In this document: piece by piece, positions 1 through 13,839 of the stretch | Numbering within the stretch: the first letter of the stretch is position 1 | Layout: each line of letters opens with the position of its first letter | DNA from: Octopus sinensis | Taxonomy: Eukaryota | Assembly: GCF_006345805.1 (NCBI RefSeq) | Contig: NC_043010.1 | Span: forward strand, 57,226,001-57,290,000 | Direction of reading: 5' to 3' | Length of the DNA stretch: 64,000 bases | The notes under the pieces: model-generated | What the model was told of the DNA's origin: nothing | The model's input: only the letters and a program-made list of their open reading frames with translations | Databases searched by the model: none | Program-made: the position numbers and the translations under genes

Positions 1-869
1 TTTGACTGAATAAAAGTGAGAAATCCTCTTTAGTAACAATAATAGCAGAATTGAAGACAACATAAACTCCAGAATCGTTTTTCACTGAGATTGTGTCAAA
101 GAAATATCCTGACAGGGGTTTTTATAGTTCAAATTTAGCCGAACTATTTCCAGGCTTCCTGTCGGTCAGAATGTGAAAAATGCTGATGACGGGGAAAGTT
201 ATACAGATGTCTGATTTCGAGCAATGATTGTCACACTCATCAATCAGGTTGGCAAAAAGATTAAACACACCACAGCGAAATTGCTTTCTCACTGAAATTG
301 CGTTCACACTGAGATAGGCCACATAAAATTACACACACCATGGTCAGATTGCTTTGACAGGGTGATGGCAGACATTTTCCCCCTTTTTCACTGAACTAAC
401 AATATATTTGTTACAAGCAAGAAAACCATTTAAATTCACAGCACTTCTCCGATGATAAGATGAAATGGAAGCAATACTGAACATCAAAGATATGATTATT
501 CCATTCTATAGATGTCGTAAAGAATATCAATATCAATATACGCGTGCGTGTGTGTGTCAGTATATGTGTGGTGTGTGTACATGTGTGTCTATGTGTATAT
601 ATATATGGATTCGTACTCACAGAGGCATATATAGACATACATACACACATATACACTTGTGCATATAAATAGATACAGATACATCGAGCATACACTCACA
701 GATATACATGCACGAACATACACACCCACACACACATCGCATGCGTGTGTGTGTGTATTTCAGGCACATGCAAATCTATATAAGTAATGCATGTTGATTT
801 CCAGAGGTAAATATATAATATTGTAATATTGAGAATTAAGGGACAACTCTGTACCTACCTACCTGCCTA

Positions 870-1280
<411 letters not shown>

Positions 1281-2169
1281 TCTTTCTGTCTGTCTGTGAA
1301 TGTGTGTGTGTGTGTGTGTGTCTGTCTGTTTCTTTGTCTCTCTCTGTCTCATTCACGTGCATGGTACCTTGAGGGATATTGAAAAGAGTTGCTATCTTTT
1401 AATAAGAAAGAGGAAGTTAACAAACTCAAGTGATTGATGGTTGAGCTATGGCATTCGTGTATATATCATTGGAGGAAAGATTTCAAGATATCCTTCCAGA
1501 ATGATCTGGATGCATGGAAGTGAAAAATGTGAGTTAGAGGAATTAAAGACTCAAAGAAGTGAACTATAACACACACACACACACTTACACTTACACACAC
1601 ATTCCCCTTCCCCCCTCAAACACACACATGAAAACATACAAAGGCATACATGCATTTGTATATCATATTTAATACATTTTGATGAGGTTGGGTGACGACT
1701 GTCTCCAGTTCTAATATACAACGAGTGATGATTGTCTCCAGATAAATCCATATTCGAATGAAATTTTTTTTGATTCTTGACTGAGATTTGGAAGTAATGG
1801 AATACATTTCGTAACTGTTGAAAATTATTTATGGTGAAATTTCTTGCTTCTTTCTGCTGAAATAGAAAATGGTAATCAGAATGGAATTCTGACTCGACTC
1901 TTATTTTGACACAAATCTACACAATTTCACTCAAACACCATGTATTTGTGTATCTATGTGAATGCATGGATTATATATTCCATGCATGTGCAGGTACAAA
2001 CATGTACACTCATTCACACACACACACACACACACAAAGAGAAGAGAATATCAATGAAAGAATAGAGTGTTTCTTGAATTCCACCATAAAAGGTAAAGGA
2101 ACACCAGGACTGCATCTGCCGGTTGATGTGTTTGCATAGTTTAGTGCCAGGTCTGTGAAGATTCTCTCA

Positions 2170-2368
2170 TTTATTTTTACTTGTTTCAGTCATTAGAGTG
2201 TGGCCATGCTGGGGCTGCACTGCCTTGAAACATTTTCTAGAGGAATGAACCGACCCCAGGACTTTTTTCCTTCTGTTAAGCCTGGTACTTATTCTATCAG
2301 TTCCTTTTGCTGAACCGTTAAGTTATAAGGACATAACCACACCAGCACCAGTTGTCAAGTGCTGGTGT
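2170..2368 (-). mobile_element. 3' fragment of tRNA-derived SINE family A
   Basis: tacttgtttcagtcatt...ggccatgctgg...gctgaaccgttaagttataaggacataa matches the full copies at 40935 and 49982. Confidence 0.8.
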
Positions 2369-2574
2369 TCCATCTTCATACATGATGGCCCAGTGAGATC
2401 TGAAGGTGATCTTGTCACTGTTTCTTGCAGATGAAGAAACCAGTTACCAGTCTCTCTCCCTTTAGTTAGCTCAACTGAATTGAAGTTAATGGATTTTACA
2501 GTTTTGGCACTTTTTGAGGGTGTTTTTTAGGTGGTTTCAGAGCAAAAACTGATTTTTTGTTTTTTCTTATAATA

Positions 2575-2718
2575 AAAGTTAACATTAACGGTTTATCAAT
2601 AACTTCCGTTACATTAGGAAATAATTAACTGATTAATGTTTAGTGAAGTTAACCTTTTGGTTAACAGATTAACAGTTAACAGGTTAATTTTTCTTTTAGT
2701 TAACAGCACCCAACTTTG
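2575..2718. mobile_element. probable hAT-like DNA transposon terminus
   Basis: Clustered gttaac subterminal motifs ending in ...ttaacagcacccaactttg. No partner end was found. Confidence 0.4.
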
Positions 2719-3956
2719 GTTCCTAGAGCTATTATGTCTGAAAGGAAGATGGAATTGTCATGGCAGGAATGCCTTTGATCATTGGCTTGCTTCAACCAGG
2801 GTTTACCTAGGGCTAAACAACACCAACAACACTAATAACAACAATAACAACAGCAACATTATGAAACCAAGTGCCTGCTTGTGTCATGTGACTGGAAAGT
2901 GTGATGTCAGCCGAGAGTTAAGAAGCAAAGAGGTTTGGCGAGGAATTTGCGCTAAAAGTATAAGGCTATATTGATCTTTTAAGTGTGTGGGTGTGTGTGT
3001 GTGTGGGTGTGCATCTGCACTGATTTCAGAATGCTTTAAAACATCATTAATAACAAGAAACAACCAAGTGCTGCTGCTGCTGCTACTGCTGCTCAATTTC
3101 GACAGAGCTGTTGTTGGTGTTGAATATCTTTTAATTATTCCATTGACCAAAGCCTGGTTGCTGGTTCGTTATCTCTCCAGAGATTTCTACAACAAACGAG
3201 ACTGAAACTTAAATAACAACACTAAAATACCAAGCAACAAGTGAAAGCAATCGATGTGTTTGTTGTGGTGGTCATGGCCTGCAGCTAACTCCACACTCTG
3301 TAAACAACACCTTCCATTGTAGGACTTCAGCTAGAAACAACAACAACAGCAACGACAACAACAACATCATTGCAGCTTCTCGTGTGTGTGATTGTGTTTG
3401 CTTCTCTCTTCAGACATTTCTTTGGAGTTTGGTGTCTTGATGGAGGCCGGAAGATGTGTGTGTGTGTGTGTATGTGTGTGTTATGAGATGTATGTGAGCG
3501 TATGGGAGGTCACAGACTTGAGTGTATGTGTATGCCCGTTGAGGTCAAAGTGTGTGTGTGTGTGTGTGGTAATTATAAGATGTGTGTATCTATGTGTGTG
3601 TGTATGTGTGAAGTTTAGAAAACAGTGACTGGAAAATGTTTGCATGTGTGTGTGTTTCTGTGTGAATGTGTGTGTGTGGTGCATACGTGTATGTGCATAT
3701 ATCTGAGAGATAGAGTGTGCATGTGTATGTGTGCATGTGTGGTGTGTGTGTTTAAGTGTGTATGTGTGTGTGTGTACAGGCTGTATAATGTGGAGTGACA
3801 CACCACTTGCAGTCTCAAAAGCCACAAAGATGTCACAACACTTAATTTCTGTCTAGAAATATTGTTCAACATGCAGGAAATGGTGACCAAATCACTCTCA
3901 AATCACACACAACATTTAAAAAAAGAGCAGGACACATAATTAAGGTCGTTCTAGAT

Positions 3957-4145
3957 CATTGGTTCTGAACCTTTTTAATATCTGGGCCAGATCCAAAACT
4001 TGGATTTTTTTTAGGGGACCACACTAAAAAAGTAAAACAAATCAATTAAAGAAAAAATTATACTTATAGAGGGAAAACTGTTGGGGGCTGCTGGTGGGAT
4101 GCTTGAGGCCCTTGTGGCCCTGCGAGCTGCAGTTGAGAACCGCTG
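3957..4145. mobile_element. hAT (Charlie-like) MITE
   Basis: TIRs cattggttctgaac / gttgagaaccgctg, flanked by an 8-bp TSD ttctagat / ttctcgat. Confidence 0.8.
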
Positions 4146-4699
4146 TTCTCGATAATATATGTGAATAAAAGAGATGACCCCCTTTTGATCATATATTTGA
4201 TTAATCAGATCTCACCTAGGGCTACAACAACAACAAACACCATCTTGTTCCCAACACAAATCATTATCATGAAATTAAATCAACAAATAATTATCATTAA
4301 AAGTGATAGATGCCAGAATTGATTAATTATAGGATCTAAGTTGTATTTGCAGTAATTAGACATAGCCTTTTGCATTTTCTCAAATTCTGACGAGGTCAAT
4401 TTTATTATTAATTTTTCTGGGGCCAATAAAATATATACCAGTCAAGCAACTGGGGTCAATCTAGCTGACTGTACCCTTTCTCCAAATTTCCGACTTTGAA
4501 CCTTTTTTTACAAATTATTATTATTGTCATTGTTGTTGTTTATCTGCAGCCCTTTTTTTTCATGAACTAACTCAGGCTCAAACACAGTCCAAATACAAAA
4601 AAAAAAGAAAAAAAAACTCAAACCAATAAAATACTAATATCCCACTGTCCTTTATCTAAATGAACAATACTGACCAGAGAGATTTTGTAAAATGGTTTC

Positions 4700-5291
4700 A
4701 TCATCATCATCATCATCATTGTCATCGTTTAATGTCCGATTTCCATGCAGGCATGGGTTGGACAGTTTGACTGAGAACTGGCAAGCCAGGAGGCTGTATC
4801 CAATCCGATCTGGCAAAGTTTCTACAGCTGGATGCCCTTCCTAACACCAGCAACTCCAAGAGTGTAGTGGGTGCTATTATGTACCACCTACACAGGAGCC
4901 AGTCTGGCGGAACTGGCAATGACCATGCTCAAATGTTGTTTTTCAAGTACCACCAGCACATGTGCCAGTAAGACAACGCCGGCAATGGTCACACTCAAAT
5001 GGTGCTTTTTACCTGCCACTGGCACGGGAGCCAGTCAGTGACCCTGGCAACAATCACGCTCAGATGGTGCTTTTAACGTTCCACTGGTATGAGTGCCAAT
5101 CAGGCAGTTCTGTCATCGGCCACGTCAGTGATTTTGATTTCACTTGCCTCAACAGGTCTTTGCAAGCAAAGTTTATTGTCCAATGAATGAAGGGTACTCA
5201 TAAGTGGGTTGGTTAAGCACCACTTGGCTTGACGGGTTTTCTGAAACACAGCATATCTCCAAAGGTCTCGGTCACTTGTCATTGCCTGCAT
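4700..5291 (-). mobile_element. RTE-clade LINE 3' end with tandem-repeat 3'UTR and (GAT)n tail
   Basis: Minus ORF 5100-5291 reads MTSDRDLWRYAV, matching the RTE C-terminal DRxxWR motif. It is followed by about 60-bp subrepeats, ggaagggcatccagctgtagaaac and a (gat)n tail. A homologous copy is at 63217. Confidence 0.75.
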
Positions 5292-6578
5292 AGAAGATGT
5301 TAGTTACATTTGTGAGATGACGTCAATCTTGCAATGGGTGGTGGCCACATTTTCGATATTGTTCACATTGATGCAATGTGTAGATGGAATTAGACATGCT
5401 GATATCCCACATGGAGAAAATTGTGGTCATATTGGTGGCACCAAGGAAGTGGTAATTACAGTGGGGTCACACATGTTAAGAGTATGTTACACTGCTGTCA
5501 CAGCTGTGGAGTGACAGTCAATTAATGCAGCATTGAAGTCACCCTTGTAGAGAATGGTGATAGCGACATTGATGACATTGATGACATATAAATGTAAGGT
5601 GTGAGGTCACATGTGCAGTGGGGTGGTTACATTGATGTCAGTCACGAGGAGAATTGTGGATATACTAATGTCACACCTGTAGAGTGTGACATTAAATGTG
5701 CTGGTTATATTGATGTCATATGTTCTCTTTCTCCTGTTGGGTCTTGAGGAAAGTACAGTGCCCATAGCCATGAGATCCTCCTAGGTAGGCCTGGTGAATG
5801 CTTATTAACGATCCTCTTCAAGTAATGTATATGAAAGACATAAGCCATAAGAAAGGCAATTGCAGAGAGATGATGTTCTGAGAAGGAAGGGAGCACCAGT
5901 GGAGTGCAAGGCCCAGATGGGTTTAATACAATAGAGGAGGGGAAAGAGGAAAGACAAGTGGGTCTGAATGGCTTGAGTTAAGGCAGTATAACCCCTAATC
6001 ACTTGGAGGAGCAGAGACCAGTGTAGCAGCAACAGAAAAAAAGGAAAGAGAACCCAACATGCTTGTGAGTGAAAAGCTGGAATAAACCGGTGAATGGTTT
6101 TTATGCCAAAGATATGAGGGCAATACTCTATGGTGGGGAGGGTTGGCATCAGCTGAGGTTTTTAGAGTGTCAGTAATGGTTATGGGATGAAGTGTCTTTT
6201 AACTTGGAAGAGAAGAATCTGTCATTGGAATATGGCCCCAGCTGTCTTAACATGATTTTTGCCCCAAGAAATCATCAGTGATAATGAGATCCGTCAGTTG
6301 GAGCAATTGTGAGGACTCTTGTTGCATGCTATTCATGATTAAGCGGGAGGTTGATGTGATGATGGCTTTCTTGATACGAAATTTGTATTTGCCTTTTCTT
6401 GCCATTGAAAGACAAGTTTGACCGAAGAGAGTATGTCACATTGAAACTACACTTGTACACATGTAGAGAGTGGGAGTTGCAGTTATGTGATAAATGTAGA
6501 AACAGTAATGATTCTGTGATACAAAGGGCTTCAACAAAATTGGTCATACTGCTCCCATACATATACAGATATATATAT

Positions 6579-6667
<89 letters not shown>

Positions 6668-6769
6668 GTTAATCCAAACATGAAAACACAGAGAGAAAAC
6701 ACAATAATGTGAGGACATGGAACAAGTATAGAGTTATTGGACACTCAGGAAGGGAAAGAAAGAAGGAGG

Positions 6770-6804
6770 ATTTAACGTTTCGAGCGGAGCTCTTCGTCAG
6801 AAAC
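6770..6804 (-). ncRNA. minimal type I hammerhead ribozyme motif
   Basis: Minus strand: GTTT-CTGACGA-A-GAGC tcc GCTC-GAAA-C GTT-AAAT. Intact core, 4-bp stem II, palindromic AACGTT stem III, GUU triplet, short stem I. It lies in a 210-bp module (6669-6880) flanked by (TA)n. Confidence 0.75.
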
Positions 6805-7661
6805 ATAGGAAAAGGAAAGATCCAAGGAAGGGAAGACGGAGGGAAAAAAATCGCCAACGATACACATGCGGTCACATTTTGTATATATATATATATATAT
6901 ATACAGAGACATATGTAGATGAAATTGCTGTTGGCATATGTACAGAAGGAATGTCACATTGATGCCACCCATGTAGAAAGAATGATACAGTGATGTCACA
7001 CATGGAGATAAGATAAAGAAATTTTAGCAGATTGGTCGAAACAGACAAAAACATTTAAGACAACTGTAAAAATAGTTGTTAATTTGTTTTTTAGGAGCTG
7101 CAGAAATTTTTTGGTGAAGGTGATAAGATGTGATAAGTTCGAAGTGATAATGGCTGATGTAAGAAGGATGTGATAATAAAAGTACAGAAGACAGATTGGA
7201 GGTGATGTGATACTCAGGTAATGACATGTGATAAAGGGGTGTTGATAATGATGTTTGATGTAGGAGGTGTGTGTATGATAAGGTGAGATAGAGGAATATA
7301 GTTATTAAAGTTTAATCCAAGGATGCATAACATAGGTGTGTCAGTAGGAGAGAGCTGTGAGTTAAATTATGATAAAGTGGGAAGTGGAATTCTTTTAACT
7401 GACGTCCATTTGAGATGTTTAAATTATGACTGAACACTGGATGTCTGGATGTTTGTTGTGTATAAAACATGAGAGAAGAAAGACAAAGAGAAGATTACAG
7501 CAGGAGACAGTCTTGAATCAAATAGTGATTTAAGAGAAAGGAGGCAAAAAAAGGCTGCTCATAGACACACACACTCAGACACACACACACACACACACAC
7601 TCACACACACACACTCAGACACACACACACACACACACACTCACCACACACACACACACAC

Positions 7662-7915
7662 ATCATCATCATCATCATCCTTGTTCGACCGTGGTCGAGA
7701 CAATGGAATTTACTATGTTACGCCAGACTTCACGTTGCATCATAGCATTACGGAGGTCCTGTTGCTGGATGCCTCTATCCCTGGAGATTACATCAGGGTA
7801 GGAGAGTGTGTGCCCTCTGGTATTGCGAGTAGATGGCTTCCAGAGGAGAAGAGTAGAAATTGCATTGTTTTCAGCTCTACAACAATGTCCAGCAAACTGG
7901 ACTCTCCTACCTTTC
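7662..7915 (-). mobile_element. RTE-clade LINE 3' fragment
   Basis: Minus translation RRVQFAGHCCRAENNAISTLLLWKPS...MMQREVWRNIVNSI matches the RTE RT C-terminus; (GAT)n tail; 5'-truncated at (CA)n. Confidence 0.8.
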
Positions 7916-7916
7916 A

Positions 7917-7969
<53 letters not shown>

Positions 7970-8566
7970 CACACACACACACACGCACACACACACACAC
8001 TCACACACACACATGCACATATACACATAGACAGACAGCTAGAGATGCAAATGAATAAATAAATACTTGCACACATAGAGAAGAAGGGAATAAGGAAAGA
8101 GACAGAGATAACACTGGGAAGAAGAGTGAGAGAGCAGAGAATGGGGTCTTTGAAGATCATTTTGGTGGAGAAAACATTCGATACAATTTCAAAAGTATGG
8201 GTGTGTGTGTGAGTGTAATATATAATGAAATTCATCATAGTTGCTACCACCACCACCACCTCCTCCTCCTCCTCATCATCATCATCATTATCATTTTAAT
8301 GTTCAATTTTTTTTCCATTCTTAGTTGTGTGTAGGAAACAGAGTTATAATGATAATAATTATAAAAAAAAAAGCACTTATTGTATACAGTGGTTAGCTGT
8401 CCTACAGTGTATATTCATATATATTTATTACATATACACATAGGTAGTGATTTTATATTTGGGTGTACACCTTGTATGGTATGTTGTTTAAAGTCTGTTT
8501 ACAGTATTCACCACCTGATGACTTGTATATATATATAAATTTATACATATACATACATATACATAC

Positions 8567-8620
<54 letters not shown>

Positions 8621-8765
8621 CATGCAATTTGCTTCTAAAGTAAGATAAAAGTAATGGCTATCAAATGTCAAAAGGAAAAAACCATAACATTGACAAAATT
8701 CATTAAAGAAAATTGTTAATCTATTTATGAAAAACGAAATTACTTTCTTGCCAATCCAATATATA

Positions 8766-10025
8766 CAGGGTCTGTAAGGTATCTGAGGAGATACCCTTTT
8801 GGGGTCATTGCTACATTTTTTGCTTACCCTATATAATCTTTGCTTCAGAAAATAATAATGGCACACCCTCAGCTTGCTCAAGAAATGAAGAGGCATCTAG
8901 TTATTGTGGTTATAAAGGCTGAACATAGCGATTTAGAAATATCTCTGTTTTTAAAAGTTGCCAGATCTTTCATCTACAAAGTTTGTAAGAAGCTAGAGAC
9001 TGAAGATGGAAACGTATCCCCAGTATCAAAGCATAAAAAGCATTCTAAATGCTCTGAAATCATCAGAACACCTGAATTAATCCAGAAAGTTCGACAGACC
9101 ATTGATTACAATCCCAGAAAGTCCATGAGGTCAATTGCAAAAGATTTCCATGTTTCACAAGGAACAGTCAGAAATGTTGTCCATAAAGACATCAGATATA
9201 AGTCTTATATGATGAGGAAAGGTCAATTGGTCAGAAAAAGCAAAAGAAAATCATTATATCAGATCTAAAAGGCTCTTAAATAAACTGAAAAATCCAGATG
9301 AAAATTTGATTTGGTTTTTCTCAAACGTGAAAAACTTCAACCAGCATCAAAAAGTTAGCAGAAGAAATGACAGATACTTATGTGCAGATCCTTCTGAAGT
9401 TCCAAGTGTTATGCATACAGAATTTCCTGCAACTGTCATGGTTTTAGGGGTTGTCAGCAATGAAGGACATATAATGTCTCCTTACTTCTTTCCACAAAGC
9501 CTTAGAGTTAACTCTGCCTCCTACAGTGAGGTCCTGGAAACAATTGTTAAGCCCTGGATTGACAGTGTATACAATGGAAGGCGATATGTGTTTCAGTAAG
9601 ACTCTGCACTATCAGACATGGCTCTAGTAAACACAAGAATGGATGACTAAAAATGTTCACGATCACATAACCCTTTATATTTGGCCTCTTAATTCCCCAG
9701 ATCTCAATCTGTTAGACTATTATATGTGGAGCATTGTTGAGAGAGAGAGGTCAATGAACACACCCATAACACCAAAGATTCTTTGAAAGCTGCCATAGTC
9801 AGAGTAATGTCCAAAATGAACCAGGACCACTTGATTCGAGCATGTAGATGATTTAGATCTCATTTAGAAGCAGTTGTTGAAGCTGAAGATGGCTTTATTG
9901 AATAACATTATAGAAAAGAAGGTTTTTTTTAATCCTTGTAGCATTTTTGTTAAATAAAGTTATTTGTTATTTGTATCTATATTTTTATAAACATAAATCT
10001 GTCCTCAAATATCTTACACAAACTG
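8766..10025 (+). mobile_element. Tc1/mariner superfamily DD37D (maT) transposon, full length but decayed
   Basis: 26-bp imperfect TIRs cagggtctgtaaggtatctgaggaga / tgtcctcaaatatcttacacaaactg, with TA on the left side. The element contains a transposase pseudogene. Confidence 0.9.
8858..9906 (+). pseudogene. DD37D transposase pseudogene
   Basis: HTH N-terminus (NPRKSMRSIAKDFHVSQGTVRNVV), IWFFSNVKNF, VMVLGVVSNEG, FQ*DSA...WPLNSPDLNLLDY. There are 37 residues between D2 and D3 after removing a 1-nt insertion. Stops and frameshifts are present. Confidence 0.9.
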
Positions 10026-11028
10026 TGTATATATATATTGGGTTGGCAATGTGTGTGTGTGTGAGACTGTGTGCGCGCGTGTGTGTCTGTGTGTATGTGT
10101 GTGTATGCATGCGTGTGTATATATATATATATATCAATTAACCCTAGTTGTCCTTAGCTAATTCTAATCCCTTTGTTATCCACTTCCCTCACACACAAAC
10201 TCACTCACATAACAAATCACATCACAATTTTTACCCAGCATGCATTTGTAATTTATTCCATATTTCAGACCCAAGAAAGTCTTCTTTCCTGCTGACTTTA
10301 CCCAGTAAATTTAAGGTCTCTACTTCCTTTGTCAACTTCAAGGTATACAGAAATTTCTATTGAGTTCATAGACACACACACACACATACTCAAGCCTATC
10401 CATACACACATACAATCATACATTCAAAAATTTGCATGTATGCACATACAAACACTGATATATATATATATATATACTTGCAAGTACATACACATACTAT
10501 GCATGATCATACACACACACACACACGCATGCGTGCATGTGTGTACATACTTTACAACACAGACGTGTATCCATATTAAGTGTGTGTGTGTGTATGGCTG
10601 TATGTATGCAAGTGTGTATGTATAGATCTGTGTTATGTGTTGACATATTGGAACCATAAGAGGCATAGAACAAGCAATAAAACATGGCAACCCTGTTGAA
10701 AAGTTCAATGCCAATCCCAGTTGGGGGTTATGAGTTTGTGAAATGTCAAAGGAACTGCAAGAACAACAAGAACACCAAAGTTTAAAGCTGCATAAATGAG
10801 AATATGTTCTGAAGTTGTTATGGAGTCTGGAACTGCAGATAATTCTTACAGTTTAAGACTTATTGACCTGCATGCGAGAGTCCATTAACACCTGCTGGGG
10901 TTAGAACTTTCTACCTTCGATTTCAGAGTTCAAACATTTTAGAAGTTGCTAATATGCTGCAAGAGTTTTCATGTAAATGAGAAGAGAATGTTTATTATTG
11001 TGGCTCTATAACCATCCACTTACATCTG

Positions 11029-11084
<56 letters not shown>

Positions 11085-11673
11085 GGGATCAGATTGAAAA
11101 AGTCTAAGAAAATCATGCCATATTATGCCACCCATCATCATTGGTACTTGAAATAAGATTAAGATTCTATATTTTACAGAGCTGAGTATTCATCTTTGTA
11201 AAGAATATTTATACTGTTTATATATTTATCTTAAATTGGACCTTCAATCATTATCAGACATGGTATTCCTGGATATGTACAGAGTCTTTGACTGAATTTC
11301 AGTTGAACATGATTTATTTCTAAAAAGTAGGGGTGCTTAATATACTTATCTACAAAACACTGCTGCCCCTTTAATAATGGGTTCTTGTATGAATGTTACT
11401 CTGCTCGTTTTTGGAATTCTAGATATGTATGCATATATATATTATATATATATATATATAATATATAATATATAAAAATATATAAAATATGAATTAGAGA
11501 TAAAACCACTATTATGCAACTCAAACAGTGATAGACATAAACCAATACGTAAATAACAAATAATATATATAATTAATATAATATACTCCCTAATATTATT
11601 ATTATTATTATTATATATATATAAATATATATATATCTGTAAATGTAATATGTGACAATTATTCGGTAGCTAT

Positions 11674-11734
11674 GATAAAACTCAGCGTTTCGGATGCCAA
11701 GGTGGAAATCCATGCTGCCATCTCTTCAGTTATC
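11674..11734 (-). ncRNA. type I hammerhead ribozyme motif
   Basis: Minus strand: GATAA-CTGAAGA-GATG...CATC-C-GAAA-C gctga GTT-TTATC, with a 5-bp stem I. Confidence 0.75.
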
Positions 11735-11888
11735 CAGCCATCGGAAAAACACTGAGTGGTTTGGGTGTAGCACTCACAAACGCGAGATCATGGTTTCAGT
11801 TCCTAGAGCAGGTGGTGTGTTGGGTTCTATCTATTCATTCTCTTTTTTTCTTTTTATCAACTCCTTAAAGGTGTTTTTCCGATGGTCA

Positions 11889-11949
11889 GATAACTGAAGA
11901 GATGGTCGCGTGGATTTCCACCTCTGCATCTGAAACTCAGAGTTTTATC
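11889..11949 (+). ncRNA. type I hammerhead ribozyme motif
   Basis: GATAA-CTGAAGA-GATG...CATC-T-GAAA-CTC a GAG-TT-TTATC; near-palindromic stem III, GUU triplet. Confidence 0.75.
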
Positions 11950-12049
11950 ATGGCTACCAAATAATTGTCACATATTACATTTACAGATAAATTCCTCTAT
12001 TTACATAATATCGAGGTCTCTTTCTTTCTTTTGTTATCTTACCGTTTTT

Positions 12050-12141
<92 letters not shown>

Positions 12142-12550
12142 CAGAGAGACATGCTTATATACATACAGAGTTTTTTTGTTGTATTTGTTTTGTTGATTAA
12201 AGCAAGCCATACACTCTGAAAACGACTCAGCTGAAGTTAAATACTTGGAATTTATATTTAAGACAAAGATTCCAATGCTAGAACATGTCTAAAGCCATGA
12301 CTCTCTGAAAGAAGACCTTCAGGAAGACTTGAAGAATTCACATTGGAGAGAAACAAGTGTATATGTATATATATATGTGTGTGTGTGTGTATATATATTT
12401 TGATTTGAAAACCCCACTAGAATGGGAGAAAGCGCTAATGATCTAAGTGATATGATATATATATATAAAAAATGTAATATATAAATAAATATCTGTAAAT
12501 ATAAACCATCGATTCTGATTACCTCATTTCTTCTTATATTATATATATAT

Positions 12551-12591
<41 letters not shown>

Positions 12592-13242
12592 GAAGCATTT
12601 AACTTTCTAACTGAATATAACATGTAAGGAAGTGGTCAGTCAGCGAAACTGTCCCACATGCATCACTGGAATGGTTCCTGAATGATATCACACCACTTCA
12701 CACCTGTTTCATTGCTCTGCTCCTGTCTCACTATTCTGCTTTTGTCTTGTGTATTGTTGGTCAGATAAAGAAGGGGCAGTTGGCCTTGTAGGGCTCCATG
12801 CTTTTAAAGAATGGAACCTCTTCGTCACTCAGTTGTGCCTTGTATCCATTTATTAACAAGACGAGGTCTTTCCTGATGATTTACTTCAATCCTATTCCTC
12901 ACAGCTAAACACTCTTCATTTCATCTAAGAAAGCCCTAAGCTCTGCTCATTAATTAGTTCCTTCTCTGTCAGACATTACAAGTAAGACATGTCAACCAAT
13001 TCAACATCTCAGTATGGCATCAATATTTTTCTCATCATTTTATTTCTGAAATGTCTGAATCTCTGACAGAAGTTGTTAATAAAATTACCGTTTGGCAGAC
13101 TTTTGAGCTAATCTTTAGAATGTATTTATTTACATTGTATGTGTGTGTTAGTTTGGCTTCGTATATGGCCAAATGGCCAAAGTCTTGTGAGTGAATTTGG
13201 TAGATGGAAACTGAAAGAAGCCTGACATGTTGTGTGTATATA

Positions 13243-13711
13243 TATTCTTTTATTCTTTTACTTGTTTCAATTGTTTGACTGCAGCCATGCTGGAGCACCT
13301 CCTTTAGTCAAAGAAATCAACCCTAGGACTTGTTCTTTGTAAGCTTAGGACTTATTCTATTGGTCTCTTTTGCTGAACTGCTAAGTTACAGGGACATAAA
13401 CACACCAGCATTGACTGTCAAGTGATACTGGGTGGGTGGGTGGGACAAACACAGACGCACAAATATCTACATACATACATAAATATATGTGTATATGTAT
13501 ATATATATATACATATATATTTATGTATGTATATATATATATATATGTATGTACATGATGGGCTTCTTTCAGTTTCCATTTACCAGATCCACTTGCATGG
13601 CTTTGGATGTTTCAAGGCTATAGTAGAAGACACTTGCCCAAGGTGTATGGAGTGTGACTGAACCCCAAAGCATGTCGTCAGGAAGCAAGCTTCTTACCAC
13701 ACAGCCATGCC
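13243..13711 (-). mobile_element. tRNA-derived SINE family A
   Basis: Homologous to the copies at 40935 and 49982, with an internal TA/TG repeat. An opposite-strand fragment lies at about 13150-13240. Confidence 0.85.
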
Positions 13712-13791
13712 TATATATATACATATATGTATGTATGTGTGTGTGTATATGTGTGTTTTGTGTTGAGTGTGTGTGTATGTGTATGTGTTTG

Positions 13792-13839
<48 letters not shown>

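Larger units (their letters stand above)
11634..11989. repeat. about 119-bp inverted repeat (Penelope pLTR-like) carrying two hammerheads
   Basis: 11634-11752 is the reverse complement of 11871-11989 with scattered mismatches; the spacer holds a tRNA-like SINE head; (TA)n flanks. Confidence 0.85.

Noticed and set aside
178-210. CTGATGA-cggg-GAAA hammerhead-like core
   Set aside because: No stem II and no stem I pairing.
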